In this document: piece after piece, positions 20,735 to 30,613 of the stretch
Position numbering within the stretch: the first letter of the stretch is position 1
Layout: each line of letters opens with the position of its first letter
IMG/VR virus record: IMGVR_UViG_3300022671_000005
Span: 64,001 to 128,000 of that record
From: a virus
Taxonomy: Duplodnaviria; Caudoviricetes
DNA length: 64,000 nt
Direction: 5' to 3' (one strand)
The notes under the pieces: generated by a model
Database searches by the model: none
The model's input: the letters and a program-made list of their open reading frames with translations, nothing else
Told to the model about the DNA's origin: nothing
Position numbers and translations under genes: made by a program

Positions 20735-20815
20735 AGTAAGTATACCTCTTATTAGATATTAATCATTCATAAAATGTCTCACTACGAGTCCTTTCATCCG
20801 TAAGATAGAATTAAT

Positions 20816-21835
20816 TTATTTGGAAACATCCTGCAGAGCAATAAGTGTTTGTACTGCATACTGACGAAGGATAGCTTCGCCTTCAATGAATCCCGTGAAA
20901 AGACTATTTACAGAATTATTGTAGAGATTATAAATAGCTTCTTGTTCTCCGAAAGGAAGATTCATGAGAGCCTTGATGATCTCTTCATACTGCTTGTTGA
21001 ATTCGTTTCCAATCTTCTCATTACCAAATGAAGAATTGATAACCATTTCACCAAACTTTACAAGATCTTTAACATTGGCAACACCAGACTCTTCAATAGT
21101 CATTGGTTCAGGAGATTGAGATTCATCTGCCTTATAAGTATGCCAGTCGAAATAGTATTTGATAAGACACTTGGGATCATCCAACTTATAACTTTCAATA
21201 AGTTTAGTTTGATCTGCTGTCCACATCTCAAAGATGCTCTTATCACTTTCGTGTCTTGGAATAGAAACTGCTTTTAAGAAGATCTTTTCAATGGCAGCCA
21301 TTGTAGTCTCCATATTCATATAACCATATGCAACAATCTTCTTATTGGTTATGGCTACATCATCTCCAACCTTCTTTGCAGAATCGACTGAACGTATAAG
21401 CTTTTGTCTGATCTTTGAATCAGCTTTCATTGCTTTTGTCCAACCATTCTTCCAACGAGCTTTTAGATTGGAAGCTTTCTCTTTGATATAATCAATGATA
21501 CCTTCAGTAGACTCTTCGATCTCTGCAAGTGTAGCTTCAGCATCTTTAGATTTGAAAGATTTAGCGATCTTGTCAAGATTGTCACCAACCTGTGAAAGGA
21601 GCAAATCATCAATTCCATAACTCTCGATAGCGGTTTTAACTTCCTGCAATTCAGAGAAGCTTGCAATGAGAGCTTTAAACTCATCAACACCTTCTTGAAT
21701 TTCAGACAGACCAGAGTTACACTCGTGAGAGATAACATCCAATCCTTCTTCAACGTCGTTAGTTTCTTCAACAACGACATTCTTCGGTTCTTCCTCTGTT
21801 TCCAGAGCCGAAGCAAGTAGATCAAATTTATACAT
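20816..21835 (-). CDS. Internal head protein with acidic propeptide
   Basis: Start revised to MYKFDLL (RBS GAGGA). ALE/SHE/AIE/STE sites; TIEESG motif shared with neighbours. Confidence 0.65.
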   Translation of the reverse strand: MYKFDLLASALETEEEPKNVVVEETNDVEEGLDVISHECNSGLSEIQEGVDEFKALIASFSELQEVKTAIESYGIDDLLLSQVGDNLDKIAKSFKSKDAEATLAEIEESTEGIIDYIKEKASNLKARWKNGWTKAMKADSKIRQKLIRSVDSAKKVGDDVAITNKKIVAYGYMNMETTMAAIEKIFLKAVSIPRHESDKSIFEMWTADQTKLIESYKLDDPKCLIKYYFDWHTYKADESQSPEPMTIEESGVANVKDLVKFGEMVINSSFGNEKIGNEFNKQYEEIIKALMNLPFGEQEAIYNLYNNSVNSLFTGFIEGEAILRQYAVQTLIALQDVSK

Positions 21836-21910
21836 TTGACTTCCTCTTTTTGTTAATATTAACATTTGTACGCATATAGATTAAGAACGTACGTGGTACC
21901 TATACAATAT

Positions 21911-21946
21911 CTTACTGTTACTACCGTTTAAGGTAGTAACAGTAAG
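21911..21946 (-). terminator. 15-bp-stem hairpin
   Basis: CTTACTGTTACTACC-gtttaa-GGTAGTAACAGTAAG. Confidence 0.75.
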
Positions 21947-21954
21947 TGTATAAA

Positions 21955-22659
21955 TTATTCAGGTTGATTTTTAGATAATATCTTCAACATCTTAAGTTGT
22001 TGATTACCTAAATCTAATGCTATTTCACCGAACTCATCTATGGCCTTTATGGAGAAGCTGTAGGCTATCTTAACCCAATTATCATCTTCTTCCGCTTTAG
22101 ACATTGTTCGTTCAATATCTTTCCTTAGATTATCCAGATAGGTACTAGACAATATATCCTTGATAACATTAAGATCTTCCACCATTCCCCTAACAGAGAA
22201 ACCATGATCTTTTAATGTCTCTCTAGATCTATCTACAGCTTCAGGATCTTTCTTCAACTTAAAGATATCATTTTTCTTACCTAGATATCTTGCAACATTA
22301 TCAGCCATCTTAGTTGCACTATCAATCTTGTCAGCTTCAAGTTGATTAACAACACTTCTTACTTCTTTAGCAGCAGCTACAAAGTTAGTTGCTAGGTTAT
22401 GAAAACGTTCTCTTGGATACCCATAAATAGTATATTCTAAGACTTTATTTGAATCAACATCTGTTGATAAATTATTAAAAGCATTTATCTGATCTAAGAT
22501 CTTACCATTGGAAGAATTAATCTTACTAAGAAAGTCTACAACCTTAGATGCAAAATCTTTTACTAACTCAGCTACATCAATAGCCTCAGTAGTTATTTCC
22601 ATATGTTCGACTTGAACATCATCTAGTGCTTTTTCAAGTTTCTTTAAATCAATATTCAT
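21955..22659 (-). CDS. Internal head protein (same family as 18794 and 20816)
   Basis: Short propeptide ending TTE|AI; IYGY and TLKDHGF motifs are shared with the paralogs. Confidence 0.55.
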   Translation of the reverse strand: MNIDLKKLEKALDDVQVEHMEITTEAIDVAELVKDFASKVVDFLSKINSSNGKILDQINAFNNLSTDVDSNKVLEYTIYGYPRERFHNLATNFVAAAKEVRSVVNQLEADKIDSATKMADNVARYLGKKNDIFKLKKDPEAVDRSRETLKDHGFSVRGMVEDLNVIKDILSSTYLDNLRKDIERTMSKAEEDDNWVKIAYSFSIKAIDEFGEIALDLGNQQLKMLKILSKNQPE

Positions 22660-22695
22660 ATCGGCTCCATCATGTATGTTTACATATAATGGGGA

Positions 22696-25245
22696 TTAGG
22701 TTATAGTCACACCTTCATTGTAAGATGTTGGAACTGCTATACCTTCAGGATTAAGACACACTACTTGACTGTTAGCAAATGAAGTAAATAATGAACTAAA
22801 ATGATTTACTAATATAAGTTGTCTTATTAACCCCTGTCTTATAAGCATGGATAGTAAAGTTAGTAGATTGCCTCTATGTGTAGCTGCAAATCCACTATCT
22901 ACTTCATCCAACTTCATTGGGAACTTATTACACAAACTCATATGTACACATAGTGCCAAGGTAAAAGCGAGATTTAACATCTCTTGTTCACCTTTAGAAC
23001 ACATTGATAAATCTTTAACTCCACTTTTATTATGTAAAGTTATTGGGAAATTGAAATCTAAAGTTTTATCTTCAGACAATTCCTTGAAGCTAAGATCATA
23101 ATTCCAAACAATAGATATATATTCATTAGCTGTTCGGAAAATGGAATTAATAAATCTAGTCATATAGATATGTGGTATTCCAGTATTAGGAGATAACGCA
23201 GCTTCCAACATATCCAGATTAGATTTATCGTTACGAAGCTTTTTAAGATTGGGATTGATCTCTTCATTCAACCTTATTCTAAGATGTGATTGTTCTTTCA
23301 ATGTTGAAGCAATACCAGACTGTTTATTGGAAGCAGCTTGCTTATACTCTTTTAAAGAACCTATCAAACCTTGTAGATAAGATATTCTCTGAGTTATAGA
23401 ATCAGAATTTACTCTAGCCATTGTTTCATCAGCAAAGTCCTTGAAACTACTTCGTATTTTAGATAACTTTTTATAGTTTACTAATTGTTTATCAAGCACC
23501 TTGTACTCTCTGTCAAATACTTTGAATTTATCTTGTAACTCTTTTAACTCAGAACGTTTGCCTACAAGACCTTTTGATATCAATTGTTTTGTTGGGAGCT
23601 TATTCTCCAACAACACCTTCAATCTATACTTAACAGATTTAAGGTCTTTTTGAATCTTTTCAACATTAGCAATGGCCCTTGAGTTAGCATACACCCTAGC
23701 AATAGTGTTATACACTTTAGATGCATTATCACTCAATGAATCAATAAATGCGTCTAACGAATCTGATATACATGCACACCAACTATTGGCATTGTAGAAA
23801 TTCTCCATGTACTGGATAGATCCTAACAATTGTCTAGAAGGCGATATTTCAGTAATAAGATTATTTTTCTTATCACGCAATGTCTCTAATGATTTTTCAT
23901 GAACTCTGATAGTTCTTTCTAAATCTAATAACTCTTTTTCCAATCCAGATATAGTGTAATCAAAATTAGTTCTTAAAGGACATTTCAAATTGCACGACTT
24001 ATCAGGAGTCAACACCTTTTGTTTTTTAATCTTGTCCCTTATGAGATTAGCATTCTTCTTAAGTCTATCTACATCTGATGCTAAACTAGCACCTTCACGA
24101 TTTATATTGACAAGATCAGATTCCCTTTCTGATATAACTCTAGATGGTAATATCCTTGACTCACAACTAAATAAAGCAGTTATGTGTTCATTCATATTTA
24201 TCAATATAGTGTCGTGATCATTCGGTAGATTTATAACTGGGAGATTAGTATCAATTTTGATTTCATTACAGGTGTCTTCTAAACCCTGTATCTCCAACCT
24301 AGTCTTTTTAATCTCTGAGTCAATATCGTCATTATCCAAGTCTTCATACTCATCTATTTCTTTTATGAGTTTCTTTATCTGAGTATTTAAGTCATTAAGA
24401 GTAGACTCTCTCATAGTCATAGAAGACTCTATAATACCAACTTTAGAAATAACATCTGGAGTACCAAACATTATATCATTTGGTATGGATCTAAGATCTT
24501 TCTTGAGAATCTCAGTTCTAATATCAAACTCTTCTTTATCAAAATCTTTTAAATCAGGATTGTAGTCATCGTGTTGTTTTAATAACTCGATATCCTGGTT
24601 CAATCTATACATCCATGAATCAATATTAGCTTGGAATTCAACAAGTTCTTTATCAAGCTTAGTTAGTGACTTGTACTCTTCTTCATCCATCAACTTATCG
24701 GTAACTTCTTGAAGTCTGACCTTCATCATTTTAATATTGGACTTTATCGATCTGAGTTTGGATGATACTTTTTTATGGTAATTCAAAACGAAAGTTAGAT
24801 CTGATGGGTAACATGCAAGCAATATATCTTTTCTAGCAGCTCTAGTCGTTGCAGACAAATTCATATTACCGCTAGTAAGATCCCTAACAAGATTATTCAT
24901 ACCAAAATGAGATTCACATAGACTGATTTGTGCTGTACTATTTTCAGATAGATTTAGATTTTCACCATTAAAAATAAATTTATGTATACCTTTAGATTTT
25001 GTAAATTCGGATCTCAATATGTACTCATTACCTTCATGAGAAACATATAGCTCTTTATAACCTTCATCTTCAAAGTCTGAACTCTGTGGTGGGAACACTG
25101 TCATCATTCTTAAGACACTAGATTTACCACTACCATTATTACCTATAATGGGAATAACTGATGACAGCATATCTATAGATAATGTTGTAGTATCACTATG
25201 AAGTAATGGAATGTATTTGTGTAAAATCAACTTTTCAAATTTCAT
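22696..25245 (-). CDS. sbcC: SbcC/Rad50-like SMC ATPase
   Basis: Walker A GNNGSGKS, long coiled coils with central Cys pair (SCNLKC), signature CSKGE, Walker B KLDEVD, H-loop VNH. Confidence 0.9.
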   Translation of the reverse strand: MKFEKLILHKYIPLLHSDTTTLSIDMLSSVIPIIGNNGSGKSSVLRMMTVFPPQSSDFEDEGYKELYVSHEGNEYILRSEFTKSKGIHKFIFNGENLNLSENSTAQISLCESHFGMNNLVRDLTSGNMNLSATTRAARKDILLACYPSDLTFVLNYHKKVSSKLRSIKSNIKMMKVRLQEVTDKLMDEEEYKSLTKLDKELVEFQANIDSWMYRLNQDIELLKQHDDYNPDLKDFDKEEFDIRTEILKKDLRSIPNDIMFGTPDVISKVGIIESSMTMRESTLNDLNTQIKKLIKEIDEYEDLDNDDIDSEIKKTRLEIQGLEDTCNEIKIDTNLPVINLPNDHDTILINMNEHITALFSCESRILPSRVISERESDLVNINREGASLASDVDRLKKNANLIRDKIKKQKVLTPDKSCNLKCPLRTNFDYTISGLEKELLDLERTIRVHEKSLETLRDKKNNLITEISPSRQLLGSIQYMENFYNANSWCACISDSLDAFIDSLSDNASKVYNTIARVYANSRAIANVEKIQKDLKSVKYRLKVLLENKLPTKQLISKGLVGKRSELKELQDKFKVFDREYKVLDKQLVNYKKLSKIRSSFKDFADETMARVNSDSITQRISYLQGLIGSLKEYKQAASNKQSGIASTLKEQSHLRIRLNEEINPNLKKLRNDKSNLDMLEAALSPNTGIPHIYMTRFINSIFRTANEYISIVWNYDLSFKELSEDKTLDFNFPITLHNKSGVKDLSMCSKGEQEMLNLAFTLALCVHMSLCNKFPMKLDEVDSGFAATHRGNLLTLLSMLIRQGLIRQLILVNHFSSLFTSFANSQVVCLNPEGIAVPTSYNEGVTIT

Positions 25246-25331
25246 TAGTATATCCTTTATATTCCTTTTTATATGATAGATTGTAAATCTACTTATTTAT
25301 GTTGATGGTTAATATTCAATATATATTCACG

Positions 25332-25350
25332 TATATATTACTTTTGTGAA
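25332..25350 (+). promoter_or_regulatory. Putative phage early promoter TATATATTAC-N5-TGAA
   Basis: One of five copies of the motif; contains the phiKZ early-promoter core TATATTAC. Confidence 0.7.
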
Positions 25351-25391
25351 TAAATAGCTAGTTTAATTTCATGTTATTTATATCACCTTGC

Positions 25392-25427
25392 ATCATCTAT
25401 ACATATTTTAAAATATGTATAGATGAT
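25392..25427. repeat. 36-bp perfect palindrome between divergent genes
   Basis: ATCATCTATACATATTTT|AAAATATGTATAGATGAT. Confidence 0.85.
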
Positions 25428-25562
25428 ATTACTTTATGTGTACATGAATATTATTTTTGTTCAATATACCCAGTATACTTAAAAATAAATTGAAGGCTTT
25501 ATGTTATAGGGCATAAAGTCCTCTTACTAGTAAGAAACAACCAAACCGAAAGGAGTCCCCAA

Positions 25563-25970
25563 ATGAAAGAATTCATGGGACAAGAAGTCACCACTAAGGA
25601 GACTGACGCGAAGGACACACATCGTGTGTCTAAGAAAGGACAACACAAGATCTTTGCAGATCTTGGAGTGACTGATGAAGTACGCAAATCGTATGAAAAT
25701 GCACAAGACAAAATCATTGAGAAGGGTCTCAATGCAGTCGCTGAAGAAGCAAGGAAAAGCAAGAAGCGACAAGAGCTTATTGTTGGTACTGGCAATGGTT
25801 CCATTACCTGTACTGTCAAAGAAAAGCAAGTCAGCATTGATCCTAAAACAAAGAAACCTATTGTTAAGTATGCTGTGCCTGGTGCTCGGGTTGCTCGTAA
25901 ACTGAGTAAAGGTGTCAAAGACAAATTTGCTGAAGAACATGCAGGACTGCAGAAAGTATTTAAGTCATAA
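25563..25970 (+). CDS. Basic DNA-binding protein, HU/IHF-like
   Basis: Strong RBS AAGGAG; Lys-rich. The beta-arm IDPKTKKPI...SKGVKD resembles HU RNPxTGxxI...xKxLKD. Confidence 0.55.
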   Translation: MKEFMGQEVTTKETDAKDTHRVSKKGQHKIFADLGVTDEVRKSYENAQDKIIEKGLNAVAEEARKSKKRQELIVGTGNGSITCTVKEKQVSIDPKTKKPIVKYAVPGARVARKLSKGVKDKFAEEHAGLQKVFKS

Positions 25971-25998
25971 CTGACTTAATACGATCTATAGTTATCTG

Positions 25999-26033
25999 TA
26001 CAGTGCTAGTGTCGTTACGACACTAGCACTGTA
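25999..26033 (+). terminator. 17-bp-stem hairpin with T-tract
   Basis: TACAGTGCTAGTGTCGT-t-ACGACACTAGCACTGTA followed by GTTTTATTTTTT. Confidence 0.85.
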
Positions 26034-26143
26034 GTTTTATTTTTTATTTTTTACATGACATAATATAAGAAATTGCTATTTCTACTCCCATCGTACCACA
26101 ATTATATTTAATCCAACTAGAACCCACACATGGGAGAGTATAT

Positions 26144-26749
26144 ATGTCTCGTGCGACAATAGTTCGTCAACTTAATATAGATCCAGCATTATCACATCTT
26201 GGCTGGTCTATAACTGATTATAATGTAGAACAAGGTGTGATGTCAGTATATAGATTTGGAACATTGGAAGCCACTAGGATAGTTAGTAAAGTGGCATTTA
26301 AGGAAGAAGTTGAAATGTACACTAAAAGAATGGTTACCTTAAAAATGATAAGGGATCATTTCAAACTTCTAATGGGTGAATTTAAACCCGATTTTGTAAC
26401 ATCAGAAGATGCATTTATGTATATGAGAAGACCTACGGCATTCTCTGCATTAATACAATGTATATCTACTATTGAATTCTTTCTAATGAATGAGTATAAA
26501 AAGAAGTTGTATAGAGTTGCTCCTAAAGCTGCTAAACATTGTTTAACAGGATCAGGCTCTGTGGGTAAAGACCCTATACAACAAACTATTTTTACTAAGG
26601 ATGATATAGTTTTTAAACAAAGAAAGCAAGCTGAAAAGCTAGGTGAACATGAAGCTGATAGTATATCTGTAGGTTATTTCTTTTGTAAGAATATACTTCC
26701 TGGTATAATCGCTCAACCTCAATTGATTAAAGAAAAAATCAAAAATTAA
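26144..26749 (+). CDS. ruvC: RuvC-like Holliday junction resolvase
   Basis: NIDPAL...GWS, SEDAF, APKAAK...GSG..GK and HEADSI acidic catalytic motifs. Confidence 0.88.
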   Translation: MSRATIVRQLNIDPALSHLGWSITDYNVEQGVMSVYRFGTLEATRIVSKVAFKEEVEMYTKRMVTLKMIRDHFKLLMGEFKPDFVTSEDAFMYMRRPTAFSALIQCISTIEFFLMNEYKKKLYRVAPKAAKHCLTGSGSVGKDPIQQTIFTKDDIVFKQRKQAEKLGEHEADSISVGYFFCKNILPGIIAQPQLIKEKIKN

Positions 26750-26762
26750 ATAAGGACCTACC

Positions 26763-26966
26763 ATGGTAGAAGTTCCAATATATACAGATACTGATAATCC
26801 AGAGATTTGTGACAATTGTAGAAACAGAAATGATCATGGGACACTGAGCCCATGCTTGAACACATCTACAAATTGTACTATGATGGTTTGTAAAAAATGT
26901 TTAGATGAAAATGATAATCTCATTCCAGTAGAAGAATGCTTCCCATCTAACGATGTTGTGATGTGA
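26763..26966 (+). CDS. Small Cys-rich (putative Zn-binding) protein
   Basis: RBS TAAGGA; CxxC...C...C...CxxC pattern. Confidence 0.6.
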   Translation: MVEVPIYTDTDNPEICDNCRNRNDHGTLSPCLNTSTNCTMMVCKKCLDENDNLIPVEECFPSNDVVM

Positions 26967-26982
26967 TATTACTACGTTTTAC

Positions 26983-27014
26983 AGTACAGTACAGTCCATG
27001 GACTGTACTGTACT
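26983..27014. repeat. 32-bp perfect palindrome
   Basis: AGTACAGTACAGTCCA|TGGACTGTACTGTACT. Confidence 0.85.
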
Positions 27015-27040
27015 TACTATGTAGTTCTTTATTTTTCATG

Positions 27041-27059
27041 TATATATTACTAATGTGAA
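27041..27059 (+). promoter_or_regulatory. Putative early promoter
   Basis: TATATATTAC-taatg-TGAA upstream of a small-gene cluster. Confidence 0.75.
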
Positions 27060-27096
27060 CTGTGGTAAAACAAACAATCTCAAAAGGAGAATTATC

Positions 27097-27240
27097 ATGA
27101 ATGTGATAGTAACTGTTGTATGTGATATTGTCGGTCTCATCATTGGTGAACGTGCCTACTAGACAAGCAAACGTCAAGTCATTGAGAAGGCTGCTGTTAA
27201 GGTAAATCAAACAAACAAAACCGTAACATTCAATCTGTAA
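27097..27240 (+). pseudogene. Small ORF with in-frame TAG at 27160-27162 (21-aa peptide, or 47-aa read-through product or pseudogene)
   Basis: Strong RBS AAAGGAG. Reads MNVIVTVVCDIVGLIIGERAY*TSKRQVIEKAAVKVNQTNKTVTFNL* and ends at the next gene's RBS. Confidence 0.4.
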
Positions 27241-27253
27241 GGATATTAAAACA

Positions 27254-27562
27254 ATGGATGTAGATGAAAGAACTTTTATTGAGGACGCCAAGAACTTCCT
27301 TGGTGTTGTAACAGATTTGATGGAATCTAAACGTGAACCTCGAACTCGACGTTTCGATAGTGGCATGGTCGTAGATAAATATACGATTGATGGAGCAGAA
27401 TATTATGTTGTCAGCTTGAATGGTAATCAAATGTTCTCGATCAAACAAGGCGACTTGAAGTGGGTTGCTAGAGATAATGAAGGTAATACTGTTGCAAGCA
27501 GTAGATATCGTCACGACGTGTTTGATGACTTGAATAGGTTGATAAAAGAATTTGAGGATTAA
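27254..27562 (+). CDS. Hypothetical early protein
   Basis: RBS TAAGGA; 102 aa; similar to the next ORF. Confidence 0.7.
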   Translation: MDVDERTFIEDAKNFLGVVTDLMESKREPRTRRFDSGMVVDKYTIDGAEYYVVSLNGNQMFSIKQGDLKWVARDNEGNTVASSRYRHDVFDDLNRLIKEFED

Positions 27563-27848
27563 AATTATGTTAGGATTAAAAGTATTGTCATTTACTTTAG
27601 GTGACTTTTTAGTTACCAAAAAGTATGGCAGAGAAAACCGAACAAATTGGTACGAGATATCTGAACCTACTTCAAGTATTGGAGCAAAATATCTTGTAAT
27701 TCAAGACTCTAATGGGACATGGTGTCTAAAAACACCAAGTGGTCTTATCTTAGAGACTTCCCTAAAACATCATGTTTTATTCGACAGGTTTAGACCTAAA
27801 GAAGAAAAAGAAATCAAACTTGAAGAGGAGTGCGGAAATGTCGAATAA
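27552..27848 (+). CDS. Hypothetical early protein (probable paralog of 27254)
   Basis: Overlaps the previous ORF; shared W..(R/K)...G.....S..(R/H)H..FD motif. The true start may be the ATG a few codons downstream. Confidence 0.65.
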   Translation: MRIKIMLGLKVLSFTLGDFLVTKKYGRENRTNWYEISEPTSSIGAKYLVIQDSNGTWCLKTPSGLILETSLKHHVLFDRFRPKEEKEIKLEEECGNVE

Positions 27849-27996
27849 TTTATCACCAGAAGAAATAATCGTAAACATTCTTTGTGAATATTTTAAAGTG
27901 GCATTAATATCCCACCTTGGATTGTTCCGTGGATTGTGTTACGTTCGAGTAACCGACAACAAATCGTATCACTGTATCGTGAATTGGTATAAATAA
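27838..27996 (+). CDS. Small hypothetical protein
   Basis: ATG at 27838 after GAGGAG; MSNNLSPEEII... Confidence 0.55.
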   Translation: MSNNLSPEEIIVNILCEYFKVALISHLGLFRGLCYVRVTDNKSYHCIVNWYK

Positions 27997-28018
27997 GAAA
28001 GTATAAGGAGGCAAATAA

Positions 28019-28648
28019 ATGAAATTCGATAAAACAGATATTAGGAACATGGTTGTGTTCCTTATTGTTGAAGTTATCGCGCTTGCTTGTATCGGAGGAA
28101 TGGTACAAGCTAATAGTGAAGTTCAGATTCCAGTCTCACAGGAGAGACTCGAAAAAATGATGGATTCACATAAACTGGAACCAAGGGTTCTTGGTATACC
28201 AAAAAGCCCAGTAAAAGAGGAAGAAGAGGAGCCTAAACCTAAGAAAAATAATAGACCAGATACTCCTATCTCAAAGTCATTATTGAATGGTTTGTGCTTA
28301 CAGGAAAGTAATAATAATCCCAACGCTTTAGGTGATTTCAGAAATGGAAAACCTATGGCTAAGGGAATATTGCAAATATGGCCAGCCTATGTTAAAGATG
28401 TCAATAGAGTGTATGGAACTTCTTATACACACAACGATATGTTCAATAAAGAGAAAGCCATTGATACAACCATCAAGTACTTAACGCATTATGGTAAAAG
28501 ATATACTCGTCTAACTGGGAAGCAACCTACAGACGAAGTGTATGCTAGGATTCATAATTCAGGTCCTAATGGTTGGAAAGATGATGGTTCTAGACTGTCT
28601 GTAAACGCTAATAAATATTGGGTTAGGCTTAAGCCTAAACTCGATTAG
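28019..28648 (+). CDS. Lysozyme-superfamily muramidase with N-terminal signal/anchor (i-type/destabilase-like motif)
   Basis: Hydrophobic N-terminus; QES..PNA.GD, GILQI..AY.KD, ARIHNSGPNGW, YW. Confidence 0.82.
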   Translation: MKFDKTDIRNMVVFLIVEVIALACIGGMVQANSEVQIPVSQERLEKMMDSHKLEPRVLGIPKSPVKEEEEEPKPKKNNRPDTPISKSLLNGLCLQESNNNPNALGDFRNGKPMAKGILQIWPAYVKDVNRVYGTSYTHNDMFNKEKAIDTTIKYLTHYGKRYTRLTGKQPTDEVYARIHNSGPNGWKDDGSRLSVNANKYWVRLKPKLD

Positions 28649-28650
28649 CA

Positions 28651-28687
28651 AAATAAAAGCCCATCAACCAGGGCTTTTATTTTTTTT
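28651..28687 (+). terminator. Intrinsic terminator
   Basis: AAATAAAAGCCC-loop-GGGCTTTTATTT followed by a T-run. Confidence 0.7.
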
Positions 28688-28776
28688 CTTTCAATGTGAC
28701 AATCTCTGTTGGATAGTGGCGATTATATGGTGCAGATTTATATACCATTAACACAATATAAGAATGAGGTTTCACA

Positions 28777-29280
28777 ATGGATATCAATTTAAATACTAAA
28801 CCAGAAGAAGTACCTATTGTTCAACTAAGACCTGACAAATCTAAGCTTATAGATAAAGATCCTTGGTGGACTAACCTGACCACTATTCATTTTGAAATCA
28901 ATGGAGTCAAGCATTCTATACGACCAGGATTTGTTACTAATCTAGGATCCGTTCCAAAGCTAGTGAGGCATATAGTAGATCCCTCTGATGAATCTATGTT
29001 AGCCTTTATCATACATGACTACTTATATTCTAAATCCGTCACTGGTATAAGTAGAAAGGATGCAGACAAAGCATTGTACAAAATTGCCCTTATATGTGAA
29101 CAAGATAGGTTGGAAGCTGGCCTAACATGGCTAGGCGTTAGAGTGGGAGGTTGGATACCATTTAAAAAATTCAATTCAAAATATATAGCTATCAAACCAG
29201 AACTTCTTCAAAAAGTATGTGAAGATAACATGTTCATACCAAACGTTAATAATTACCCAGGAATAGATAAGGTGAAATGA
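28777..29280 (+). CDS. DUF1353-like protein
   Basis: [29 protein letters not shown]. Confidence 0.85.
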   Translation: MDINLNTKPEEVPIVQLRPDKSKLIDKDPWWTNLTTIHFEINGVKHSIRPGFVTNLGSVPKLVRHIVDPSDESMLAFIIHDYLYSKSVTGISRKDADKALYKIALICEQDRLEAGLTWLGVRVGGWIPFKKFNSKYIAIKPELLQKVCEDNMFIPNVNNYPGIDKVK

Positions 29281-30224
29281 AAATAGAACAGCGACCAATA
29301 CGAGACTTTAATTGTCCATTAAAACATATTGAAATAGAGAAGGATTGTATTCTCAATACAGGTGTTAGACATGACGTTACTGGAAATCTAACATTAAAAC
29401 TTCCTAATGTTGAAACAGTTGAATTGAAATCTCTTATTGGCGTTCGTCAAATTTCTGGAGAAAGTATATTAGTAGATCGTTATTCCCATTACCTAGACAA
29501 AGGATCACCTTTCAATACGTTTGAATTGAAAGAGGGTATTCAGGTTGTCTTACAACTTCAAAACTTTATAGGTAAACGTAGATGGATAATAGTTGATAAG
29601 AAAACCATATCTACCAAACGTGTTATTAAACCTAAGTCAATACCTGAGTCTAAAGTTGAAGTTAAATACATAAAAGGTGACATGGGTAAACCAGGTCCTC
29701 GTGGTGATATAGGACCTCAAGGTCCACCAGGACCAAGAGGTATAATAGGTAAGAAAGGTAATCGAGGCATAAAGGGTAGACAGGGCCAAAGAGGATTGCG
29801 TGGTCATAGAGGTCTGCCTGGTATAAATGGGACCAATGGTAAGGATGGGATAAATGCTGACTCATTCTTAAGGTTACATATACCTGGTGAAATTATTTTT
29901 TGTGATGATCTACATAATATCAAACACGATATGTCTTATCGTTATTTTGGTAAAGACGCAACAATAAAAAGAGTAATAATCCAGATGGGTTATAACTTTG
30001 ATAGAGGTGGTGTAGTTCTTGACTTACTAATTAATGATAAGATTTCACCTTTTAAACATCCTCTAACTTTACATGAAGGTCAAGATATATGTGTCACACC
30101 AAAGATAAAAGAAAATATTGTTCTTAGAGATGGTGATAAAATATCGATTCCTTGTATAGTTAGTGGATTTGATACTACAAACAATTTACTAATATTAATA
30201 GAATACACATATGGAGGTGTTTAA
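29277..30224 (+). CDS. Collagen-like fibre protein
   Basis: About 20 Gly-X-Y triplets ([10 protein letters not shown]...GKDG) between N- and C-terminal globular domains. Confidence 0.8.
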   Translation: MKIEQRPIRDFNCPLKHIEIEKDCILNTGVRHDVTGNLTLKLPNVETVELKSLIGVRQISGESILVDRYSHYLDKGSPFNTFELKEGIQVVLQLQNFIGKRRWIIVDKKTISTKRVIKPKSIPESKVEVKYIKGDMGKPGPRGDIGPQGPPGPRGIIGKKGNRGIKGRQGQRGLRGHRGLPGINGTNGKDGINADSFLRLHIPGEIIFCDDLHNIKHDMSYRYFGKDATIKRVIIQMGYNFDRGGVVLDLLINDKISPFKHPLTLHEGQDICVTPKIKENIVLRDGDKISIPCIVSGFDTTNNLLILIEYTYGGV

Positions 30225-30587
30225 ATGCTATACACCATAGCAGACATCGAAACTGTTTTTGAAATAGAGCAAACGTTGGCTCTAGGTGGAAACATAGTCG
30301 GTGCTGCAAATACAAAATATACTTCCAATGGTGCATACACTGTTGACTTACCACCTCCGGAAGGTGTTGGTTCTGTTCCACTAGGAAGTGCAATAATAAT
30401 CGATCAAGTTTCAGGAACTGGTACTGTTTCAGACAACGTGTCTGTATTTGGCTTGGATGATGAAATGGGAGAGAATATAGTCGAAGTAGACGTTGATCCT
30501 GGAACAAAATTTGGAGTGATGTTAGTCATAGCTTACGGAAGAAAGCAATGGATGATGTTGCCACAATACCTAGTTGACAATGCTTAA
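30225..30587 (+). CDS. Stand-alone fibre N-terminal module (paralog of the 30614 N-terminus)
   Basis: IEQTLAL.G.I...NTKYT..G.YT..LP...PLGS.II..Q.SGT..V.D...YGR..W is shared with the next gene. Confidence 0.75.
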   Translation: MLYTIADIETVFEIEQTLALGGNIVGAANTKYTSNGAYTVDLPPPEGVGSVPLGSAIIIDQVSGTGTVSDNVSVFGLDDEMGENIVEVDVDPGTKFGVMLVIAYGRKQWMMLPQYLVDNA

Positions 30588-30613
30588 ATATATGACCAAA
30601 AGAGGATTTTTAT

